Shown: positions 44,475-52,142 of the stretch, piece by piece
How positions within the stretch are numbered: the stretch's first letter is position 1
How the letters are laid out: each line of letters begins with the position of its first letter
Origin: Actinomycetota bacterium
GTDB taxonomy: Bacteria; Actinomycetota; UBA4738; HRBIN12
NCBI GenBank assembly: GCA_035718185.1
Contig: DASTHN010000054.1
Location: 1-54,849 of the forward strand
Direction: 5' to 3'
DNA length: 54,849 nt
Made by a program: the position numbers and the translations under genes
Notes under the pieces: model-generated
The model's database searches: none
Told to the model about the DNA's origin: nothing
Seen by the model: the letters and a program-made list of their open reading frames with translations, nothing else

Positions 44475-44846
44475 TCAGAACGCGTCTTCGAAGACCTCGA
44501 CGTCCGCCCCGTTTGGGCCGAGCCACACGCTGGCAACGTCGAAGCGGATCGCGGCCTGGGGCGGGCGCTCGGTCGCCATGAAGGCCTCCGCGAGCTGGCG
44601 GAGCTTGCGGCGCTTGGACCAGGTGACGGCCTCATACCCGCCGCCGAAGGCCGCCCCCGAGCGTGTCTTCACCTCGCAGACGACCAGCAGGCCGTCGCGC
44701 TCCACGACGAGGTCGATCTCGCCGAGCGGACAGCGCCAGTTCCGCACGACCTCGCGGAACCCGCGACGGACGTACACGCGGAGGGCGGCGTCCTCACCGA
44801 CCCGGCCGCGTCCGGCCCGTGCGGCGGTTGCCGACCGCGGACGCAT
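44475..44846 (-). CDS. yraN: YraN/UPF0102 endonuclease-like protein
   Basis: GEDAA, RNWRCPLGEIDLV, EVKTR, RFDV. Confidence 0.93.
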   Translation of the reverse strand: MRPRSATAARAGRGRVGEDAALRVYVRRGFREVVRNWRCPLGEIDLVVERDGLLVVCEVKTRSGAAFGGGYEAVTWSKRRKLRQLAEAFMATERPPQAAIRFDVASVWLGPNGADVEVFEDAF

Positions 44847-44901
44847 CGAGGGTCGAGGCTAGCCCGGCCCTCTGACATCCCGAGGCGGCGACCGGTGAAC
44901 G

Positions 44902-45204
44902 CTACTCCGGGAGCTGGAGGCCCTCCTCACGCCGGAGCTCCTCGACGTTCACGTCCCGACGGGTCATGACCCGCACGCTCGAGACGAAGCGCGCCGGCCG
45001 GAACATGTCCCAGACCCACGCGTCGCCGAGCTCGACCTCGAGCCAGCCGTCCGAGCGCTCGTGGATCTTGACCTCGTTCGCCAGGTAGAAACGGCGCTCG
45101 GTCTCGACGACGTGCGAGAACATCGGCACGACGTCGCGGTACTCGCGGTACAGCTCGAGCTCGCGCTCTTCCTCGAACCGCTCGATGTCGTCGTCGTGGT
45201 TCAT
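44902..45204 (-). CDS. DUF2469 family protein
   Basis: ELELYREYRDVV, VETERRFYLAN, DAWVWDMFRPARFV, DVNVEEL. ATGA overlap with rnhB. Confidence 0.93.
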   Translation of the reverse strand: MNHDDDIERFEEERELELYREYRDVVPMFSHVVETERRFYLANEVKIHERSDGWLEVELGDAWVWDMFRPARFVSSVRVMTRRDVNVEELRREEGLQLPE

Positions 45205-45845
45205 CCGTCCCCCTCGCCCTCGCCGTCGTAGTACCCCGTCGCGAGCCCCTTGAACGAGAAGCGGTGGATCGGCGACGGCCCGTGCTCGCGGATCGCGTCG
45301 CGGTGCTCCCTCGTCCCATAGCCGCGGTTGTGGTCGAAGCCGTAGACGGGGAAGCACCGATGGTACCGGTCCATCATGCGGTCGCGCGTGACCTTCGCGA
45401 CGATCGAGGCCGCCGCGACCGACGCCGTCACGGCGTCGCCCTTCTTGATCGACAGGTTCGGCATGGACAGGCGGCGGATCGGGAACCCGTCCGTCAGGAC
45501 GTAGTCCGGCACGATCGGCAATGTCGTCACGCAACGGCGGAGCAACCACAGGTTGGTCTTGTGGAGTCCTCGGCGATCGATCCGGGTCGGCATGCTGCGG
45601 CAGACGGTCCACGCGACGGCCTCGCGGACGATCCGCGCGTAGCCGTGGTCGCGCTCCTCGGCGGTGAGCACCTTCGAGTCGGCGATGCCGTCCAGGTCGA
45701 ACCCCTCCGGCAGGATCACGGCCGCGGCGACCAGCGGTCCGGCGAGCGCCCCACGCCCGGCTTCGTCGACGCCGGCGATGCGCGAGAAGCCCTGCTCGCG
45801 CAGGCCTCGCTCGTACCGCCCCAGGTCGATCGTTAGCGCAACCAC
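45201..45845 (-). CDS. rnhB: Ribonuclease HII
   Basis: GVDEAGRGALAGP, DSK, TDG, KGD..AAASIVAKVTRD, GYGT..H. Confidence 0.97.
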   Translation of the reverse strand: MVALTIDLGRYERGLREQGFSRIAGVDEAGRGALAGPLVAAAVILPEGFDLDGIADSKVLTAEERDHGYARIVREAVAWTVCRSMPTRIDRRGLHKTNLWLLRRCVTTLPIVPDYVLTDGFPIRRLSMPNLSIKKGDAVTASVAAASIVAKVTRDRMMDRYHRCFPVYGFDHNRGYGTREHRDAIREHGPSPIHRFSFKGLATGYYDGEGEGDG

Positions 45846-46573
45846 CCGATCCGCGAGGGTGGCCAGATGATGACGAAGGCCTCCCCCACCACCTTATCCT
45901 TCGGGACGAACCCGAGCCCGAACCTCGAGTCGTTCGAGTTCCGGCGGTTGTCGCCGAGGACGAACAGCATCCCGTCGGGGACCGTCGTCGGCCCATAGTC
46001 CCGCTTGTCGGGGCGGCCGGTCAGGTACGGCTCGGGCGTCAGCACCCCGTCGATGTAGAGCTCGCCGTCCCGGATCTCCACCGACTCGCCGGGCAGCCCG
46101 ATGACACGCTTGATGAAGTCCTCGTCCGCCGGACGCGCGAAACCGAGGCCCTCGGACAGCCAGTGGAGGAAGCCGCCGACCACGCCGCGGTCGGGCTGGC
46201 GCCCGGGGTTGGGATCCTCGAACACGACGATGTCGCCGCGCTGGGGGGTGTCGAAGGCCTTCATCACGAGCACGCGGTCCCCGGGCATGAGGGTCGGCTC
46301 CATCGACCCGGAGGGGATGTAGAAGGCCTGGATGAGGAAGGTCTTCAGCAGCAGCGCCAGGGCGAACGCCACCACGATCAGGACCGGCAGCTCGCGGAAG
46401 AACGCGAGCGCGCCTCCATCCTTCTTCTCGGGCTCGGCTCCCTCGGCGGCGCCGGGCTTGGGACCAGCGCTGAAGGCGTCGGTGGGGCGCGTGGGGGATG
46501 CAGGCGACGGGTTCGATGCGGTGGTCGGGGCGTCCGCCTCGGCCGGCTCGCCGGAGCCGGTCGGCCGATCCAC
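45833..46573 (-). CDS. lepB: Signal peptidase I
   Basis: TM, then IPSGSMEPTL, RGDIVVF, FIKRVIG, GDNRRNSNDSR. Confidence 0.97.
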   Translation of the reverse strand: MDRPTGSGEPAEADAPTTASNPSPASPTRPTDAFSAGPKPGAAEGAEPEKKDGGALAFFRELPVLIVVAFALALLLKTFLIQAFYIPSGSMEPTLMPGDRVLVMKAFDTPQRGDIVVFEDPNPGRQPDRGVVGGFLHWLSEGLGFARPADEDFIKRVIGLPGESVEIRDGELYIDGVLTPEPYLTGRPDKRDYGPTTVPDGMLFVLGDNRRNSNDSRFGLGFVPKDKVVGEAFVIIWPPSRIGWLR

Positions 46574-46576
46574 GTC

Positions 46577-47128
46577 CTAGCCTTGCACCGGCTCGTCGTC
46601 GACGGCGGCCTCGACCTCGGCCTCCGCGGCCGGGACCTCGGTCTCCTCGGCGCCGGGCTCGGCCTGCGCGAGATCCTCCGTGCCCTCGACGGCCTCGAGG
46701 TCCTCCTCCTCGGCGGCCTCCGGCTCCTCCGTGGCGAGCCCCGCGGCGACGGCGGCGGCGTTCACCGCGGCGAGGTCCTCGCCCTCGATCCGGCGCTCCT
46801 TGATCCGAGCCTTCTTCCCGCGGAGCTCGCGGAGGTAGTAGAGCTTCGCGCGGCGGACGTGGCCGCGGGAGACGATCTCGAGCTTGGAGATCGACGGCGA
46901 GTGCACCGGGAAGGTCCGCTCGACGCCGACCCCGAACGAAATCTTCCGGACCGTGAACGTCTCCTGGAGCCCGCCGCCCTGGCGGCGGATCACGACGCCC
47001 TGGAAGACCTGCACGCGTTCGCGTCCGGCCTCGACGACGCGGACGTGCACCTTGACGGTGTCGCCCGGCCGGAAGTCCGGGATGTCGGCGCGCAGGTACG
47101 CCTTGTCGATCAGGTCGGTGGTCTTCAT
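46577..47128 (-). CDS. rplS: 50S ribosomal protein L19 with acidic C-terminal extension
   Basis: [46 protein letters not shown]. Confidence 0.99.
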   Translation of the reverse strand: MKTTDLIDKAYLRADIPDFRPGDTVKVHVRVVEAGRERVQVFQGVVIRRQGGGLQETFTVRKISFGVGVERTFPVHSPSISKLEIVSRGHVRRAKLYYLRELRGKKARIKERRIEGEDLAAVNAAAVAAGLATEEPEAAEEEDLEAVEGTEDLAQAEPGAEETEVPAAEAEVEAAVDDEPVQG

Positions 47129-47164
47129 GGCGGGACGAGGAACGATAACAGACCGAGCCGGACC

Positions 47165-47854
47165 CTAGCCGCCCTCGGGCGGCTCTTCCAGCAGGTCGGG
47201 ACGGTTGTGGCGGGTCTTCTCGAGGGCCGCCTCGCGGCGCCAGCGTTCGATCTGCGCGTGGTTGCCGGAGAGCAGGACCTCAGGCACCGCCATGCCTCGG
47301 AACTCGGCCGGGCGGGTGTAGTGGGGATGGTCCAGGAGCCCCTCCGGACCGAACGAGTCGCGCTCGTGCGACCCCTCGCGGCCGATCACGCCCGGGACGA
47401 GCCGCGTCACCGCCTCGAGCAGCACGAGGGCTGCCACCTCCCCGCCCGACAGCACGTAGTCACCGATCGAGATCTCCTCGGCCGGCAGGCCCTCGACCAG
47501 GCGCTCGTCGACGCCCTCGTAGCGTCCGCAGATCAGCACGAGCCACGGCTCGGCCGCGAGCTCGCGGACGATCGCCTGGTCGAGCCGCCGCCCGGCGGGC
47601 GAGAGCAGGAGCACCCGCTTGTCCCCCTCGCCGAGCGCCTCGACCGCCGCGAACACCGGCTCGGCCTTCATCACCATGCCGGGCCCGCCGCCGTAGGACT
47701 CGTCGTCGACCTGCCGGTGCTTGTCGGTCGTGTGCTCCCGGATGTCGTGCACGCGCACGTCGAGGATGCCGTCCGAGATCGCCTTGCCCAGCAGGCTCTC
47801 GCGCAGCGGGCTCTCGAAGATCGGAGGGAAGATGGTGAGGACGTCGATCCGCAC
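47165..47854 (-). CDS. trmD: tRNA (guanine-N1)-methyltransferase
   Basis: [44 protein letters not shown]. Confidence 0.98.
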   Translation of the reverse strand: MRIDVLTIFPPIFESPLRESLLGKAISDGILDVRVHDIREHTTDKHRQVDDESYGGGPGMVMKAEPVFAAVEALGEGDKRVLLLSPAGRRLDQAIVRELAAEPWLVLICGRYEGVDERLVEGLPAEEISIGDYVLSGGEVAALVLLEAVTRLVPGVIGREGSHERDSFGPEGLLDHPHYTRPAEFRGMAVPEVLLSGNHAQIERWRREAALEKTRHNRPDLLEEPPEGG

Positions 47855-47860
47855 GGGGGC

Positions 47861-47866
47861 AGGCTA
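47861..47866 (-). promoter_or_regulatory. Extended -10 TGtTAGCCT, leaderless spacing
   Basis: Hexamer 6 nt upstream of the trmD GTG; no SD. Confidence 0.65.
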
Positions 47867-47890
47867 ACAACCGTCGGAGAGGAGCGAGCG

Positions 47891-48322
47891 ATGCGACTTC
47901 GGTTCCCACGCGATCGGGGCGCCAACCGACACCCGGTGAACATCCGCCATCACGGTCGAGACCGGACGTTCGGCGAGCGCCTCGCCGACGGCGTGACGGC
48001 CGCGGTGGGCTCGTGGCCGTTCATCGCATCGCAGACGGCGCTGCTCGGGATGTGGATCGTCGCCAACGCCGTGTTGATCCGCGATTGGCTCCACGGCGCT
48101 CCGTTCGATCCGTACCCGTTCATCCTGCTGAACCTGATCCTGTCGTTCCAGGCCGCGTACACGGGACCGGTGGTGATGATGAGCCAGAACCGCCAATCGG
48201 CGAAGGACCGGGACGAGGCCGAGCACGATTACGACGTCGACCGGCGCGCGCTCGAGCGTCTCGACGCGATCGACGCGCGGCTCGGGCGCCTGGAACAGGC
48301 GCTCACGCGCCGGGAGCCGTGA
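47891..48322 (+). CDS. DUF1003 family small membrane protein
   Basis: GSWPFI, FDPYPFILLNLILSFQAAYTGPVVMMSQNRQ..KDR. SD GAGGAG. Confidence 0.92.
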   Translation: MRLRFPRDRGANRHPVNIRHHGRDRTFGERLADGVTAAVGSWPFIASQTALLGMWIVANAVLIRDWLHGAPFDPYPFILLNLILSFQAAYTGPVVMMSQNRQSAKDRDEAEHDYDVDRRALERLDAIDARLGRLEQALTRREP

Positions 48323-48818
48323 GGCCTGGGATCTCGCGGACGACGATCTGTCGCGCGCCCACGTCCACGGACACGAGCACGTCCTTCAGCACCGGGATCA
48401 GCGTCTCGGCGCGCGCATCGTCGATCACCGACCAGACGTCGTTCGCGGCGGTGTGGATCACCTCGGTCAGCGTGCCGAGCGCGCGACCGGTATCGGTCCC
48501 GACCGAGCACCCGACCAGCTGGTGATCCCACCACGACCCCTCGGGCAACGGCGGCGACATCGACTCGGGCACCACGAGGAGTGCGCCGTGGAGCGCCTCC
48601 CCCTGCGCGCGGTCGGTGATCTCCCGGAAGCGGACGAGCAGCCGATCCTTGTGCGGGCGCGAGGATCCGACCGTGAGCGCGCGCCCGTCCTCGAGCCACA
48701 CGGTCGCGCCGTCGGCGAAGCGTTCGGGGACCTCCGAGAGCACGACGACGGCGACCTCGCCGGTGACGCCGTGGGGTCGGGTGATGCGGCCGACCGCGAC
48801 GGTCGGCTCGCGGACCAT
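48303..48818 (-). CDS. rimM: Ribosome maturation factor RimM
   Basis: VGRITRPHGVTGEV, WWDHQLVGC, ANDVW, LIP. Confidence 0.96.
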   Translation of the reverse strand: MVREPTVAVGRITRPHGVTGEVAVVVLSEVPERFADGATVWLEDGRALTVGSSRPHKDRLLVRFREITDRAQGEALHGALLVVPESMSPPLPEGSWWDHQLVGCSVGTDTGRALGTLTEVIHTAANDVWSVIDDARAETLIPVLKDVLVSVDVGARQIVVREIPGLTAPGA

Positions 48819-48819
48819 C

Positions 48820-49050
48820 TCAGTCGACGATCTCTACCGACGCGTGCTCGCCGGAGCGCGTGCCTGCGGCACGGATCACGGTGCGGAGCGCGCGAGCCGT
48901 CCGTCCGGCGCGGCCGATCACCTTGCCCATGTCGTCCGGGGCGACACGGAGCGAGAGCAGGGTGCCGCGGTCGTCGTGGGTCTCGGTCACCTCGACGGCG
49001 TCGGGCTCGTCGACGATCTCGCGGGCGATGAACTCGAGCAGGTCCCTCAC
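48820..49050 (-). CDS. khpA: KH-domain RNA-binding protein (KhpA/UPF0109)
   Basis: [32 protein letters not shown] overlap with rpsP. Confidence 0.95.
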   Translation of the reverse strand: MRDLLEFIAREIVDEPDAVEVTETHDDRGTLLSLRVAPDDMGKVIGRAGRTARALRTVIRAAGTRSGEHASVEIVD

Positions 49051-49340
49051 GAGGTCGTCGCCGCCGCCTTCGCGGCCTTCTTCGCGTCTTCGAACTTCTC
49101 CCAGATGCCGGTCTTCGTCATCAGGACACGGACCGTGTTGCTGGGCTGGGCGCCGACGCCCAACCAGTAGAGCGCGCGCTCCTCGTCGATGTCGATGACC
49201 GACGGGTCCTCGAGCGGGTGGTACTTGCCGATGTTCTCGATGAACCGACCGTCGCGCGGGCTGCGCTGGTCGGCCACCACCACGCGGTAGAACGGGCGCT
49301 TCTTCGCGCCGAGCCGTTTCAACCTGATCCGTACCGCCAT
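49047..49340 (-). CDS. rpsP: 30S ribosomal protein S16
   Basis: [35 protein letters not shown]. Confidence 0.99.
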   Translation of the reverse strand: MAVRIRLKRLGAKKRPFYRVVVADQRSPRDGRFIENIGKYHPLEDPSVIDIDEERALYWLGVGAQPSNTVRVLMTKTGIWEKFEDAKKAAKAAATTS

Positions 49341-49361
49341 CTGTTCCGCTCCTCGCCTCGC

Positions 49362-50705
49362 TCAGATCCCCTGGCCGGGCATCGGCGGCATACCCGGGAT
49401 CCGAGGCATCCGCTTGCCGCCCATCATGGTCTTCATCATCTTCCTGGCGGCCTCGAACTCCTTCAGCAGGGAGTTCACGTCGGCCGTCGTGGTCCCCGAC
49501 CCGCGCGCGATCCGCAGCCGTCGGGACCCGCCGATGATAGCGGGATTCTGGCGCTCCTCCCTGGTCATGGACGAGATGACGGCCTCGGCGCGCGCCATCT
49601 GGCCCTCGTCGACCTGGAGGTCCTTCAGCGCGTTCTTGCCGCCTGGGACGCTCGGCAGCATCGCGAGCAGGTCCTGCAACGGTCCGAGCTTCTTCATCTC
49701 GCGCATCTGGACCAGGAAGTCCTCGAGCGTGAATCGCGCTTCGAGCAGCCGCTTCGCGCTGTCGGCCGCCTGCTCGGCGTCCATCGTCTCCTGCGCCTTG
49801 TCGATCAGCGACAGGACGTCGCCCATCCCCATGATCCGCGACGCCATCCGGTCGGGGTAGAAGGGCTCCAGGTCCTGTGGGCGCTCCCCCGTCCCGACGT
49901 AGAACACCGGGCGGCCGGTCACGGCCGTGATCGAGAGCGCCGCGCCGCCCCGAGCGTCGCCGTCGAGCTTCGTCAGCACGAACCCGGTCGTGTCGACCTC
50001 GCGCATGAAGGCCGTGGCCTGGACGACGGCGTCCTGGCCGGTCATCGCGTCGCACGCCATGAGCACGTGGTGCGGCTTGAGGGCGTCCTTCACGCGGCGG
50101 GCCTCGCGCATCATCTCCTCGTCGACGTGGAGGCGTCCGGCGGTGTCGACGATGACCACGTCGTGGCCCTCGCGGTCGGCGTGCTTCATCGCGTTCTTCG
50201 CGACCTTCACGGCGTCCCTGCCGTCCGAGACGACGGGCACGTCGGTCTCACGGCCGAGGGTCATCAGCTGCTCGACGGCGGCCGGGCGCCACAGGTCGGC
50301 GGCGACGAGCAGCGGGCGCTTGCCCTTCGACTTCAGCTGCACCGCCAGCTTCGCGCACGCCGTCGTCTTGCCCGAGCCCTGGACGCCGGCCATCATCACG
50401 ACGGCCGGCTTCGCGCTCGGGAGCTGGAACGGCGTCTGGGTGCCACCCATCGTCTCCTGGAGCTCGTCCCGCACGACCTTCACGACCTGTTGGGCCGGGG
50501 TCAGGCTCTTCATGACCTCCTCGGACAGGGCGCGCATGCGGACGCGCTCGAGCAGGTCGTCGGCGACCTCGACGGCCACGTCGGCCTCGAGCAACGCGGT
50601 GCGCATCTCGGTCAGGGCGTTGTCAACCTGCTTCGGGTGCAGCTTCCCGCGCGAGCGGAGCTTCTTGAAGATCCCGTCCAGGCGGCCGGTCAGCGTGTCG
50701 AACAT
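49362..50705 (-). CDS. ffh: Signal recognition particle protein
   Basis: GVQGSGKTT, DTAGRL, TKLDGDARGGAA, RMASRIMGMGD, Met-rich M domain. Confidence 0.99.
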   Translation of the reverse strand: MFDTLTGRLDGIFKKLRSRGKLHPKQVDNALTEMRTALLEADVAVEVADDLLERVRMRALSEEVMKSLTPAQQVVKVVRDELQETMGGTQTPFQLPSAKPAVVMMAGVQGSGKTTACAKLAVQLKSKGKRPLLVAADLWRPAAVEQLMTLGRETDVPVVSDGRDAVKVAKNAMKHADREGHDVVIVDTAGRLHVDEEMMREARRVKDALKPHHVLMACDAMTGQDAVVQATAFMREVDTTGFVLTKLDGDARGGAALSITAVTGRPVFYVGTGERPQDLEPFYPDRMASRIMGMGDVLSLIDKAQETMDAEQAADSAKRLLEARFTLEDFLVQMREMKKLGPLQDLLAMLPSVPGGKNALKDLQVDEGQMARAEAVISSMTREERQNPAIIGGSRRLRIARGSGTTTADVNSLLKEFEAARKMMKTMMGGKRMPRIPGMPPMPGQGI

Positions 50706-50739
50706 CGGGTGCTCATCCTCGTTTGGGCCCGATAGGTTC

Positions 50740-51132
50740 TCACGTGGTTGGGGACGGCGCCTCGCCCGGATCCAGGACGCGCTCGACGGTGCGCAGCAGG
50801 GCCGTGGGTGAGAAGGGTTTCGTGAAGTACTCGTCGGCGCCGAGCGACAGGACGTAGTCGCGCCCCTCCTCGCCCGTGGCGGTCACGATGATCACGCGCA
50901 CGCCGGCCGTCCCGGGCTCGGCCTTCAGCTCGCGCAGGACGTCGGCGCCGCTCGCCCCCGGGATGTTCAGGTCCAGGAACATCAGGTCCGGTGGCTGCTC
51001 CCGAGCCAGCCGCAGCGCACTCGGGCCGTCGGCGGCCTCGCGGATCACGAACCCCTCGTGCTCGAGCACGAGGCGCATGGCCTCGCGCATCGTGGGGTGG
51101 TCCTCGACGATCAGGATGTCTGCCTTGGCCAT
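50740..51132 (-). CDS. Single-domain response regulator (receiver only)
   Basis: LIVEDH, DLMFLDLNIPG, VTA, FTKPF; 130 aa with no output domain. Confidence 0.92.
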   Translation of the reverse strand: MAKADILIVEDHPTMREAMRLVLEHEGFVIREAADGPSALRLAREQPPDLMFLDLNIPGASGADVLRELKAEPGTAGVRVIIVTATGEEGRDYVLSLGADEYFTKPFSPTALLRTVERVLDPGEAPSPTT

Positions 51133-51134
51133 CG

Positions 51135-52130
51135 TCAGCCCGCCAGGAGTCGGTCGGCGAACTCGCGGGCGTCGAATGGCCGCAGGTCATCGACGCCCTC
51201 TCCGGTCCCGATCAGCTTCACCGGGACCCCGAGGAGCTCGCGCACCGCCAGCACGACACCCCCCTTCGCGGTGCCATCCAGCTTCGTGAGCGCCACCCCC
51301 GTCACCTCCACGGCATCCGTGAACGCACGAGCCTGCGCGATCCCATTCTGCCCTGTCGTCGCGTCGAGCACGAGCAGGGTCTCGTCGGGTGCGCGGCCCG
51401 AGGCTTTCTCGATCACCCGCCGAACCTTCTGGAGCTCGTCCATGAGCGGCGCCTTCGTGTGCAATCGGCCGGCCGTGTCCACGATGAGGACATCCATGCC
51501 CCGTGCCTCAGCCGCCTTGACCGCGTCGAACGCGACCGCGCCGGGGTCGGCGCCGCGCTCCTGACTCACCAGCTGCGCGCCCGAGCGCCGCGCCCACACA
51601 TCGAGCTGCTCGGACGCGGCCGCCCGGAACGTGTCGCTGCCGGCCAGGCTGACCTTCCTCCCCTGTCCACCGAGCCATGCGGCGAGCTTCCCGATCGTCG
51701 TCGTCTTGCCCGAGCCGTTCACGCCGACCACGAGCATCACCCCGAGCCCCTCCTGCGTGAGGTGCAGCGCCGTGTCGTCACCCGAGAGCACGTCGACGAC
51801 CTCGCCGGCGAGCATCTCCGCCGGGTCGTCGCCGGGCTGGTAGCGACCCCGCAGGTCGCCGACGATGCGTGCCGCGGTGGCCGGGCCGACGTCCGCCTTC
51901 ACGAGCAGCTCCTCGAGCGCATCCCACTCGGCGTCGCCCCCGGTCGCTCCGGCGAACAGCGCTCGGACCCGTCCGCCGAGACCATCGGCCCTGGGCGCCG
52001 CCCGAGCGGGGCTCCGCACCGCGGTGGGCGCCCCCGCCGATGCGGGGGCCGGCCGGCGCCGGGCCCGGCCGAGCAGCAACCCGAGCGCGACGAGGACCAC
52101 GACGGCGCCGACGAGGATCCAGATCAGCAC
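51135..52130 (-). CDS. ftsY: SRP receptor FtsY with N-terminal TM helix
   Basis: VGVNGSGKTTTIGKLA, DTFRAAA, DTAGRLH, TKLDGTAKGG. Confidence 0.98.
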   Translation of the reverse strand: MLIWILVGAVVVLVALGLLLGRARRRPAPASAGAPTAVRSPARAAPRADGLGGRVRALFAGATGGDAEWDALEELLVKADVGPATAARIVGDLRGRYQPGDDPAEMLAGEVVDVLSGDDTALHLTQEGLGVMLVVGVNGSGKTTTIGKLAAWLGGQGRKVSLAGSDTFRAAASEQLDVWARRSGAQLVSQERGADPGAVAFDAVKAAEARGMDVLIVDTAGRLHTKAPLMDELQKVRRVIEKASGRAPDETLLVLDATTGQNGIAQARAFTDAVEVTGVALTKLDGTAKGGVVLAVRELLGVPVKLIGTGEGVDDLRPFDAREFADRLLAG

Positions 52131-52142
52131 GACGCGTTCAGG

